Under the pieces are notes generated by a model. It was not told the DNA's origin. It saw only the letters and a program-made list of their open reading frames with translations, and made no database searches. Below, piece after piece: positions 7,523 to 16,570 of a stretch of DNA of 40,450 bases. Every line of letters starts with the position of its first letter. Position 1 is the stretch's first letter. The position numbers and the translations under genes are program-made. Origin of the DNA: an uncultured bacterium (GTDB lineage: Bacteria > Fidelibacterota > Marinisomatia > Marinisomatales > UBA1611); contig CAZCHA010000001.1 of NCBI GenBank assembly GCA_964498175.1, positions 1-40,450 of the forward strand, written 5' to 3'.

Positions 7523-9388
7523 TCAATTCATTAACTTTTCTTTTTCCTCCATCAGCTCTAGATATTCTTTTTCTAAAGTATTCATATTGTTAAGTGCACT
7601 CTGGAGTTTCTCATAGTCATCGCTATGGCTTGGATTGTTTGTAAATGCTCGTTCCTTTTCAATTAGATTTTCTATGGTTTTAAATCTTTTATCGATCCAC
7701 GTTATACGATTCCGAATTTTTTTTCGTTTTTTGTAATCTGACTTTTTTCTTGATTCATTTTTTACTTTCGGTGTACTAGAATTACTTTGTGTTTCTTGTT
7801 GGTTTTTCCATTCATAGTATTCGTAATTCCCTTCAAATATTCTGATACCACCACCATCTATTTCACAGGTTAGATTAGTCACATTATTTAAAAAATGCCT
7901 ATCATGAGATATACAAACAATAGATCCAGAAAATCGGATAAGCGCCTGTTCTACTACATTCCGAGTAACCATATCCAAATGGTTTGTGGGCTCATCCAAT
8001 AAAAGAATATGCGATGGTTCTACTAACATTCTTGCCAAGGCTACCCGTGCTTTTTCGCCACCGGAAAGCACCTTTACATATTTTTCAATCTCATCACCTG
8101 TAAACATAAAACTACCTAGATAGCTCCTTATCTCAATCTCGCTCCATCCATGACTTATTTTTTGAATAGATTCAAAAACTGTCTCATCTGGATTTAATAT
8201 TTCCAATTGGTGCTGCGCATAGTAAGCACTATCGACATTTGAACCGATTTGTACAGCACCAGATGTAACCGGTTCTACACCAGCCAACATTTTCAATAAC
8301 GTCGACTTACCAGCACCATTATGACCGACCAAACCAATTTTTTGTCCTCGTTCCACTACCATATCCATATTATTAAATACTTCAATATCTTCATAGTGTT
8401 TGGTCACGTTCCGACAGGATGCCACAATCAAGGGAGATCGGGTTGGCTGCGGTAATTTTAAATTCATGGCATTGGTCTGTTCCGTAGGTGCTTCAATTTT
8501 TTCTAATTTATCCAACATTTTTACTCGACTTTGGACCTGAGTCGCTTTTGTATTTTTTGCACGGAATCTTTCAATGAACCTTTCTGTATCTTTGATTTGC
8601 TTTTGTTGATTGCGATAGGCATTTCTGTGTTGTTCCATTCGTAATGATTTTTCTTCTCTGTATTTCGTATAATTTCCGTGAAACAACGTAATTATTTTAA
8701 GATCAATTTCTAGGATATTATTAATGGATCGATCCAAAAATTCCCTATCATGGCTTATCATTACCATCCCACCTTTCCATTTTGATAAAAATGATTCCAG
8801 CCAAATGGTTGCTTCCAGATCTAAATGATTTGTCGGCTCATCGAGAAATAAAATATCCGGTTCTTGCAATAGAATAGATGCTAAAGCCACTCGCATACGC
8901 CAGCCACCGCTGAAGGTATCCATAGGTTCAGTGAATTGGTTATCGACAAACCCCAGTCCACTCAATATTTTTTTCGCCTTGTCTTCAAGATTCCAACCAC
9001 CTAATGCTTCAAAACGATGTTGAGCATCACCCAATTTTTCAACTAAATCGGTATTCCCATGATCTTTGGAAATGGCTTCCGATAATGTGAGAATTTGTCC
9101 TTCTAATTCACGTACTTCCGGATAGGCTGTTAAAACTTCTTCTAAAATAGATCGTCCTGTTCCGGCTACAATATCCTGTGCCAAATAGCCGATGGTAGTT
9201 GATTTATCAACTTGTACATTTCCAGAATCAGGTGACTCTTTACCCAGCATTATTCGGAGTAATGTTGTTTTTCCAGATCCATTAGGACCCACAAGTCCGA
9301 TACGCATCCCACGTTTAATGGAAATATTTACATTATTAAATAGGTCACCATCTGGAAAGGATTTGGATAGGTTTTCAAGGCGGATCAT
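7523..9388 (-). CDS. ABC-F family ATPase (Uup/YheS-like; two ABC cassettes, no TM domain)
   Basis: Walker A GPNGSGKTT and GHNGAGKST. Signatures FSGGWRMR and LSGGEKAR. Walker B ILFLDEPTNHLD and ILLLDEPTNHLD. Charged inter-cassette linker and a K/E-rich C-terminal tail. Confidence 0.92.
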   Translation of the reverse strand: MIRLENLSKSFPDGDLFNNVNISIKRGMRIGLVGPNGSGKTTLLRIMLGKESPDSGNVQVDKSTTIGYLAQDIVAGTGRSILEEVLTAYPEVRELEGQILTLSEAISKDHGNTDLVEKLGDAQHRFEALGGWNLEDKAKKILSGLGFVDNQFTEPMDTFSGGWRMRVALASILLQEPDILFLDEPTNHLDLEATIWLESFLSKWKGGMVMISHDREFLDRSINNILEIDLKIITLFHGNYTKYREEKSLRMEQHRNAYRNQQKQIKDTERFIERFRAKNTKATQVQSRVKMLDKLEKIEAPTEQTNAMNLKLPQPTRSPLIVASCRNVTKHYEDIEVFNNMDMVVERGQKIGLVGHNGAGKSTLLKMLAGVEPVTSGAVQIGSNVDSAYYAQHQLEILNPDETVFESIQKISHGWSEIEIRSYLGSFMFTGDEIEKYVKVLSGGEKARVALARMLVEPSHILLLDEPTNHLDMVTRNVVEQALIRFSGSIVCISHDRHFLNNVTNLTCEIDGGGIRIFEGNYEYYEWKNQQETQSNSSTPKVKNESRKKSDYKKRKKIRNRITWIDKRFKTIENLIEKERAFTNNPSHSDDYEKLQSALNNMNTLEKEYLELMEEKEKLMN

Positions 9389-9421
9389 TGTTTAATCATA
9401 CGAAAAGACCCAAGAATATAT

Positions 9422-10717
9422 TTAGGATAATTTTCCATCAACAACTATACCATGATTATCGACTAGTTTTACTGAATGGATTGAATTAATAAGGTCGGAA
9501 TCACCTTCCATTTGAATCTGAATATAATTATCCGTGTGCCCTAATAGTTTTCCATTTTTCATATTTTCAAAAAGAACCGGACGATATTTTCTGATGAATT
9601 GATCATGGAAAAAACGTCGTTTTTTATCGGATAAAATATGAAGCATCTTGCTTCGTTCTTTTCGGATTTCTTTTGAAACAACTTCATTCATTTTAATAGC
9701 ATCAGTATTGGGCCGTTCCGAATACGTAAATACATGAAGATAGGAAATATCCAATTCATTCAGAAAATTATACGTGTCGAGAAAATCTGTATCTGTTTCG
9801 CCGGGAAAACCCACTATCACATCTACGCCAATACAGGCATCTGCAATAATTTGTTTTATTCGGGTAACTCGATTTACAAATAAGTCTCGTTTATATCTCC
9901 GGCGCATTGCGCCTAAAATTTTATCTGAACCGGATTGAAGAGGCACATGAAAATGTGGCATGAATTTTTTTGATGAAGCACAAAATTCAATTATTTCATT
10001 GGTAAGTAGATTAGGTTCAATAGATGAAATTCGGATTCTCTCAATTCCATCAAGTAAATCTAATTGCTGAATGAGATCAAAAAATGTTTCGTTAGACCCT
10101 TTTCCATAATCGCCAATATTTACGCCAGTGAGAACAATTTCTCTAGTATCCGTTTGCGCCACTTCTTCTGCTACTTTCAACGTTTTGGCAATTGTATCGC
10201 TTCTACTCTGGCCACGAGCTAGGGGAATAGTACAAAAAGAACAGGTGTAATCACAGCCATCCTGAATTTTTAAAAATGATCGTGTTCGTTCAGCAGAAGA
10301 ATATGAAGGAGTGAATTTGTGTACATGGTCAATCTCGGATTGAATCACTTTTGTGCTACCATTCAGATTAATGGAATCCAAATGATTCAATAAATTAAAT
10401 TTCTCTTCCGCACCTAATACTATATCCACTCCGTCAATGGCAGCAATATCATTAGGTTTTAATTGGGCATAACAGCCGATTACAGCTACGGATGAGTGTG
10501 GATTACGCTTCTTCGCTTGGCGAATAAATTTCCGTGCTTCTTTGTCAGCATTTTCTGTTACGGAACATGTATTCAAAACATAAATGTCGGCTTGATCTCG
10601 ATAGTTTACTTTTTCGAATCCATAATGCAGAAAATCACGAGAGATTGTAGCTGTCTCTGAAAAATTTAATTTGCATCCTAATGTATGGAATGCCACACGT
10701 TTAGCTTGTGTACTCAT
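9422..10717 (-). CDS. mtaB: Radical-SAM methylthiotransferase, MtaB-like (tRNA ms2t6A37)
   Basis: N-terminal MTTase Cys triad (LGCKLN, NTCSV, GCY). Radical-SAM motif CDYTCSFC. C-terminal TRAM-like segment. Assigning MtaB rather than MiaB/RimO rests on N-terminal resemblance and length only. Confidence 0.8.
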   Translation of the reverse strand: MSTQAKRVAFHTLGCKLNFSETATISRDFLHYGFEKVNYRDQADIYVLNTCSVTENADKEARKFIRQAKKRNPHSSVAVIGCYAQLKPNDIAAIDGVDIVLGAEEKFNLLNHLDSINLNGSTKVIQSEIDHVHKFTPSYSSAERTRSFLKIQDGCDYTCSFCTIPLARGQSRSDTIAKTLKVAEEVAQTDTREIVLTGVNIGDYGKGSNETFFDLIQQLDLLDGIERIRISSIEPNLLTNEIIEFCASSKKFMPHFHVPLQSGSDKILGAMRRRYKRDLFVNRVTRIKQIIADACIGVDVIVGFPGETDTDFLDTYNFLNELDISYLHVFTYSERPNTDAIKMNEVVSKEIRKERSKMLHILSDKKRRFFHDQFIRKYRPVLFENMKNGKLLGHTDNYIQIQMEGDSDLINSIHSVKLVDNHGIVVDGKLS

Positions 10718-11019
10718 AAAAAAGTGGTGAGAAATTTAAATATTATCGATAACGATCCTTTTATATAAAAAGTATATATAGTCTAAATATTAATCAACAT
10801 TATATTAATGCAGTGTTTTAACACAACGGGAAATGAATCTCATAATCTTTTTGTAGTCTTATACCCATAGGCATTATTGCTTAATATTCAAAGCTAACCT
10901 ATAGATGCGCGTACAGAAACACAGATAATTCTATCATCATATAAATTGATACAGAAGATTCCAGTTTTAATGAATATGGCATATATTTCATCTTTGGTTA
11001 TTAAAGTAATTTCAATTTA

Positions 11020-13785
11020 TTAACCAGTAGTTTGCATTGCTGCTGCAATTGCATTAATGGACATAAAAATTGATCTGTCCAAATCTTGGTTCACTTGGTC
11101 ATTATTTTCTCTTCGACGCCTTAACAGCAAAACTTGAATGATATTTAACAAATCAGTAAACGGATTTCGGAAAGCAATAGAGTTAGAAATAACAGGATTT
11201 CGATCCAACAAATTTGCATAGCCACTTACGTTTTTGTAGGCATTTAAACATAGATGATATTCCTTCATTAAAATCGTATGGAATGCTTTTTCATTTTTGG
11301 TTTTTGCGTATAACTCCGATATGTGCAACCTGGATCTAGCCATCTCAAAAGACATATTATCCATAAGCTGTCTGAAAAATTTTGATTTTTTATATAACAT
11401 TTTTACTTCATTCAGTTTTGATGATTTATCAATCAAATGGGATAATGCCGTGCCCAAGCCAAACCATCCGGTTAGATTATACCTCAATTGCGTCCAGGAA
11501 AATACCCAAGGGATTGCTCTCAAATCATAAAACCCTACTGTATCTTCTGCAAACTTTGCCCTTGTTGGAGGTCTTGAAGCGATTGGTAATCTACTAATAT
11601 GATTAATGGGGGTTGCATTTATGAAATATTCCCAACACTGTTGGTTTAATATATTTTTCTGATAGGTGTCGAAGGATCTCATTGAAATGTCTAAGTTCAG
11701 TGGGTTTTCAAATTCTTTTTTATCATCAATAATGCCAGCCAATCCAATCATCTGTGCATGGACAAGTTGTTCTAGATGCCTTTTTGCAATTCTAGAAGAT
11801 CCGTAACGATAAGAAATGACTTCTCCCTGTTCTGTCATCCTTATTTTTCCATTATGGCAAATGGGAGGTAAACTAATTATTGCTTTATTTGATTTTCCAC
11901 CACCCCTGCTTATTGATCCGCCACGTCCATGGAATAATCTAAAATCAATCTGATTCTCTTTACAAAGTTTCGCCAAATTTTCTTGACATTTGTAAAGAGA
12001 ATATTGGGCCATACCCATACCTCCATCCTTGTTGCTGTCAGAGTATCCTAGCATGATTTCTTGAAATACACCTTGGCTTTGTAAATATTTCTTATATATG
12101 TCATAATCCAATAACTCAGCAAATTTCCTGGGCGCTGATTGAAGATCAGCAATGGTCTCATAAAGGGGTACAATATGGAGGCCACAATCCATTTTACCGT
12201 CATGATAATGTAGAATCCCAGTAAGTCTCGCCAAAAGGAGTACTTCAAGAATATCACTATTGGTATGGGTCATACTCACGATATAGGATGAGATTGAATC
12301 AGGGTCAATCAATAACTCATTTTTGATAACTAAAAAAGTAAGGAGTGTTTCCTGAGACTCATCAGATAGGGTATCAATAAATGATTGTTCTAATTTTTGT
12401 TGAAATTTGATGCCTTCAGTCAGAATTTTATTTTTTTTGGATTCATCCAACGCTTTATAATTCGATTGCCAATTTAATTTTTTTAATATTTCATGAATCA
12501 CTTCTTCATGTACATCCGAATGTTCACGTATATCCAGGCTCATCATATTGAAACCAAATATTTCCGCTTGAATAATTAAATCGCGGATGAGCCCTTTGGC
12601 TATGCTTATTTCATGCGATAATAACTGGAGAGATACTTGGATGATCTTCAATTCAGATATGAATTCTTCAGATGTATAATCCGTTTTTTTAGAAGGGATG
12701 GTTAATTTTTCTTTGTGATGCTCTAATTTTCGTTTTATACATAAAATCTTCAATCGGAATGGTTCAAATTGTAGTTTTTCTTTAATTTTTTCATCAATAC
12801 CCAAGTTTTTTACATCAGCTTTGATAGAATTCTGAAGTGTTATAATCTTCGTTTGGTCCTTCACTGTGACACTTAGGTCATCGTATAACATTTCCAATGC
12901 AGCAATATATTTTCCCGTGATACGTATTTTTTGAGTTTGGAGTGCATATTCTGTAATTCTATGTGTTACTGCAGGGTTGCCGTCTCTATCTCCCCCTACC
13001 CAATTATGGAACCTGATGAAATTGGAAATGGTAATTTTTTCATTATAATAGATTTCAAATGCTGATGTCATGTCATATGAAAGTCTGGGTACCGCATCCC
13101 AGAGCGCATCTAAGGTATTATTAATTGTATTATTTATTTCATCTTTTATTGATATTCTGTGTGAGCGGATATCATCAGTCATCATGAGCAACACACAAAG
13201 ATGCTCCGCATCATTCATCAAATTTTCTTTTTCTTTTTCACCAATGGTATCAAATAAAATTTTATCGATCTTTTTGATGATATTTTTTTGTTTAGTTATG
13301 GCAGATTGCCGTCTTGATTCTGTGGGATGTGCGGTAAATGTCGGGTGTATACTTATCCGTTTAAGAATTGTTTTAGCGGAATCAAAATCTATATTTTTCT
13401 TTTTTATTGCTTTAATGCCAGCATAAATAGAATCCGCTTTTGGGATGTTGAATGTAGCATTATTTGATCTATTCCTGTTTATTGATATGATTTCACTCAG
13501 TTCTGCCTGATTGAGAAGGTGAAAGTAGGTACCAATAAATTTCAATACTTGATATAGATCACTATTTGACCATGTTTCCAACCTGGACAATATGGAACTG
13601 TTCAATGAAATATGGTTTTCTGAAGATAAAATTGAGTGTAAAAAATTCTTGAATTGAATATCTTTAGAATTTTCTAGATTGGAAAAGACTTTTTCCAGTA
13701 ATTCAAATACCAATACCGATCTAGATTGCATTTGAGCTGATATACCGGATCGCTTTGCGAAAGTATTGAGTTTATCCTTTACCAT
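11020..13785 (-). CDS. ppc: Phosphoenolpyruvate carboxylase
   Basis: TAHPTE, GYSDSNKDGG and FHGRGGSISRGGG motifs, with a C-terminus ending ...AAAMQTTG. At 921 aa it is typical for bacterial PEPC. Confidence 0.95.
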   Translation of the reverse strand: MVKDKLNTFAKRSGISAQMQSRSVLVFELLEKVFSNLENSKDIQFKNFLHSILSSENHISLNSSILSRLETWSNSDLYQVLKFIGTYFHLLNQAELSEIISINRNRSNNATFNIPKADSIYAGIKAIKKKNIDFDSAKTILKRISIHPTFTAHPTESRRQSAITKQKNIIKKIDKILFDTIGEKEKENLMNDAEHLCVLLMMTDDIRSHRISIKDEINNTINNTLDALWDAVPRLSYDMTSAFEIYYNEKITISNFIRFHNWVGGDRDGNPAVTHRITEYALQTQKIRITGKYIAALEMLYDDLSVTVKDQTKIITLQNSIKADVKNLGIDEKIKEKLQFEPFRLKILCIKRKLEHHKEKLTIPSKKTDYTSEEFISELKIIQVSLQLLSHEISIAKGLIRDLIIQAEIFGFNMMSLDIREHSDVHEEVIHEILKKLNWQSNYKALDESKKNKILTEGIKFQQKLEQSFIDTLSDESQETLLTFLVIKNELLIDPDSISSYIVSMTHTNSDILEVLLLARLTGILHYHDGKMDCGLHIVPLYETIADLQSAPRKFAELLDYDIYKKYLQSQGVFQEIMLGYSDSNKDGGMGMAQYSLYKCQENLAKLCKENQIDFRLFHGRGGSISRGGGKSNKAIISLPPICHNGKIRMTEQGEVISYRYGSSRIAKRHLEQLVHAQMIGLAGIIDDKKEFENPLNLDISMRSFDTYQKNILNQQCWEYFINATPINHISRLPIASRPPTRAKFAEDTVGFYDLRAIPWVFSWTQLRYNLTGWFGLGTALSHLIDKSSKLNEVKMLYKKSKFFRQLMDNMSFEMARSRLHISELYAKTKNEKAFHTILMKEYHLCLNAYKNVSGYANLLDRNPVISNSIAFRNPFTDLLNIIQVLLLRRRRENNDQVNQDLDRSIFMSINAIAAAMQTTG

Positions 13786-13888
13786 AATAACAGAGACACA
13801 ATAATTATTTTAAAACTATTTTATAGAAATTTTATATCATCACTTTACATGATTCTCAAAATTTGGTTAATAGAAATAAAGAAGACCA

Positions 13889-13973
13889 TCGGCATCTATA
13901 ATGTAAGCCGACAATCGGGTTGGTGCAACTCTCGAGAATATTAAAGTTTATGCTATGGGTTAGGCACCAACCC
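13889..13973 (-). terminator. Hairpin cluster downstream of glnK, upstream of ppc (possible terminator)
   Basis: 10-bp perfect inverted repeat GGGTTGGTGC (13917-13926) / GCACCAACCC (13964-13973). In minus-strand RNA this is followed by a 5-bp UCGGC/GCCGA hairpin and then the U-rich tract uggucuucuuuauuucuauu. Confidence 0.3.
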
Positions 13974-14013
13974 TGTCTTGGAATAAGTAGTTTCGAATAT
14001 TCTTTACTGATTA

Positions 14014-14358
14014 TTACCCGATTGCTTCCTTACCGGTTTCACCGGTTCGGATGCGAATACACTCTTCGATGGGCAGAACAAATATTTTACCCCGACCTTT
14101 GTCTCCGTCTTTTTTTGCTACAATAGTAACTGCTTCAATTACAGCATCCACAAATTCATCGTTTACTGCAATTTCGAGTCTGACTTTTTTTAATAAAGTG
14201 ATTTCATGAGATATGCCTCGATAGACCTCTTGTACCGGGATTTCTTTTCCCTGTCCCCTGGCATTGGTAACGGTAAATTTGTAAATGTTTCTTTTAAGAA
14301 GTTCTTCTTTAATGGCCGGTAATTCTTCCGGCTGAATTATTGCAATAATTAGTTTCAT
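14014..14358 (-). CDS. glnK: P-II nitrogen regulatory protein (GlnK-type, linked to amt)
   Basis: 114 aa. The T-loop GQGKEIPVQEVYRG keeps the conserved Tyr, and GKIFVLPIEECIRIRTGE is present. It sits immediately downstream of the ammonium transporter gene. Confidence 0.93.
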   Translation of the reverse strand: MKLIIAIIQPEELPAIKEELLKRNIYKFTVTNARGQGKEIPVQEVYRGISHEITLLKKVRLEIAVNDEFVDAVIEAVTIVAKKDGDKGRGKIFVLPIEECIRIRTGETGKEAIG

Positions 14359-14370
14359 TGATTATTTCTC

Positions 14371-15672
14371 CTATTCTACAGTAAAAATTTGAAATCCGGC
14401 ATATGACTCCATATCATGTTCACCAATATCGAGTCCTATGATTTCTTCGTCTTCTGATACCCTTAAGCCAATGGAATATTTCAATATCGTAAAGATTAGG
14501 ATTGAACCAATGAGACAAAAAATTCCATATGCCACAACACCTAAAGCTTGAACATACAGACTATGTGCAGCACTAAAAATACCTACAGCAAGCGTCCCCC
14601 AGATACCGCATACGAGATGGACTGATATAGCACCGACCGGGTCATCAATTTTTAATTTATCTAATTGAATTACAGACAAAACCACAATGATTCCTGCAAT
14701 AAAACCAACTAATACAGAATTCATTGGACTGATAACGTCTGCACCTGCGGTGATACCAACCAACCCTGCTAATGAACCATTTAATATCATGGATAAATCT
14801 GGTTTTTTACTTACATACCAAGATGTGATCATAGCTCCAATTACACCCGCTGCGGCTGCCAATGTAGTCGTAACGAATACCAGAGATACACCACCAGGGT
14901 CTGCAGAAAGAACTGACCCACCATTAAATCCGTACCAGCCAAACCATAGAAGAAAAACACCAATAGTTGCAAGCGGCATATTGTGGCCTAGGATTGGTTT
15001 AATTTGTCCATTTTGCCCATATTTCCCAAGCCTAGATCCTACTAAAATTGCACCTACAAGCGCAGCCCATCCTCCGACACTGTGCACCAGAGTGGATCCA
15101 GCAAAATCATAAAAGCCCAGTTGATCCAGCCAGCCCGCACCCCACTTCCAAGATCCTGAAACTGGATATATTATTGCTACATATACGGTTGAAAATATCA
15201 GAAATGATGATAATTTTATCCTCTCTGCTACTGCTCCAGATACAATAGTCGCAGCAGTTGCTGCAAACATAGCTTGAAAAATAAAATCTGTAAAATAAGT
15301 ATAAGCTCCACCAGCATAATCAATCAGTCCTGCTGAGCCAATAGGATTAGTTATACCAAAACCGGCAAAACCAAAGTAACCATTGAATTCTCCTGGATAC
15401 ATTAGGTTAAACCCGCAAACGGCGTAAGTCAAAATACCAATCGCAATGATAGAAACATTTTTAAAAAGAATGTTTACTGTATTTTTTGACTGAGTAAGCC
15501 CCGCCTCTAAGCTTGCAAATCCTAAATGCATTATAAATACTAAAAATGTTGCAACCAGCATCCATGTATTATTTACAGTAAATATAGCATCCGCAGCTGT
15601 TGGCTCTCCATTAGCTAGTAATACAGAAAAACTCATGAAATACAAACCAACTAATAATCTAATTTTTTTCAT
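14371..15672 (-). CDS. amtB: Ammonium transporter (Amt family)
   Basis: Polytopic membrane protein with Amt blocks FASLEAGL, DFAGSTLVHSVGGWAAL and GAISVHLVCGIWGTL (twin-His pore). Confidence 0.95.
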   Translation of the reverse strand: MKKIRLLVGLYFMSFSVLLANGEPTAADAIFTVNNTWMLVATFLVFIMHLGFASLEAGLTQSKNTVNILFKNVSIIAIGILTYAVCGFNLMYPGEFNGYFGFAGFGITNPIGSAGLIDYAGGAYTYFTDFIFQAMFAATAATIVSGAVAERIKLSSFLIFSTVYVAIIYPVSGSWKWGAGWLDQLGFYDFAGSTLVHSVGGWAALVGAILVGSRLGKYGQNGQIKPILGHNMPLATIGVFLLWFGWYGFNGGSVLSADPGGVSLVFVTTTLAAAAGVIGAMITSWYVSKKPDLSMILNGSLAGLVGITAGADVISPMNSVLVGFIAGIIVVLSVIQLDKLKIDDPVGAISVHLVCGIWGTLAVGIFSAAHSLYVQALGVVAYGIFCLIGSILIFTILKYSIGLRVSEDEEIIGLDIGEHDMESYAGFQIFTVE

Positions 15673-15692
15673 TTTTATGCCCCTTACTTATT

Positions 15693-16346
15693 TTAGAAAC
15701 TTTTACCAACAACTAGAAACGCCAGGCCACTATCAGGATTTAAAATCCAAGAACAGCTATACTTTTCATTACTCGCTGAAACTCCAACTTCAATCGGCGC
15801 AAACTTTCCGTCACTTGTATACCCGCCATCTCCAAATCCCAGCATAAAGGGACCATAAGAAATATTGATATATTTTGACATTGGTGCCTTATCAGGGACG
15901 AATGCGCCATAAAATCCAGGCTCAACAACAAACATTGCAGCTGTTAGGCCAATGCCACTAAAAGACCCACCGAAAGATAATTCAATGTTATGTGCGCCCG
16001 TATCAGAAGCAGTTTCGTTAAAGTTGCCACCTGGTGAAGCACCGGGGAAATAATAGTCAGTTATTGTGATGGAATAATCACTAATAGAATAACTTGCGTA
16101 CAAATCATTCTCACTGCCTTGTCCACTAACCTGCCAAGCGCTCCAGGCCCCTAAAGTTAGATTACCCGTTGTATAGGTTAATCCCGGTTGGATGGATGGG
16201 CTGGTGCCAAAATCTGCGCCTCTCCAGACATACCTGTTATAGATATCACATGAGACACCCCATGTTGATCCATTTTCCTGCTCTTGCGCAAAAAGAGATG
16301 TGATTCCTGTTATTACAATGAGAACGTATATTATTATTTTATACAT
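15693..16346 (-). CDS. Small outer-membrane beta-barrel protein, TorF/Gcw_chp-like, first gene of the amt-glnK operon
   Basis: Signal peptide MYKIIIYVLIVITGITSLFAQE. Alternating beta-strand pattern and a C-terminal Phe (...VVGKSF). The block YNRYVWRGADFGTSPSIQPGLTYTTGNLTLGAWSAW resembles the Y-V-F/W-R-G ... Q-x-G-x-x-Y ... G-x-W signature of the Gcw_chp/TorF family. The family call is from memory only. Confidence 0.6.
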   Translation of the reverse strand: MYKIIIYVLIVITGITSLFAQEQENGSTWGVSCDIYNRYVWRGADFGTSPSIQPGLTYTTGNLTLGAWSAWQVSGQGSENDLYASYSISDYSITITDYYFPGASPGGNFNETASDTGAHNIELSFGGSFSGIGLTAAMFVVEPGFYGAFVPDKAPMSKYINISYGPFMLGFGDGGYTSDGKFAPIEVGVSASNEKYSCSWILNPDSGLAFLVVGKSF

Positions 16347-16570
16347 GTAATTTATCCTTATTTTTTTAATATTTTATATATATTTTCATTAATTATTTAT
16401 TTATATAATGAAATAATGGTATAATTTTAAATTATATTCAATTTGATGTCAAGCTATAATTAATATTTTTAATATAAATAATTATATATATTAATATTAT
16501 TATTTATTATTTAACTTTCAATTAATATATTTACCATTCTATATATAATAATCATAGATAATATATATTA
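16347..16570. promoter_or_regulatory. Extremely AT-rich divergent control region between the OMP-amt-glnK operon and gltB
   Basis: I counted 17 G/C in the 180 nt at 16381-16560 (~9% GC). TTAATAT appears at least 5 times. No sigma-54 (GG-N10-GC), NtcA or TnrA-type site was recognisable. Confidence 0.5.
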
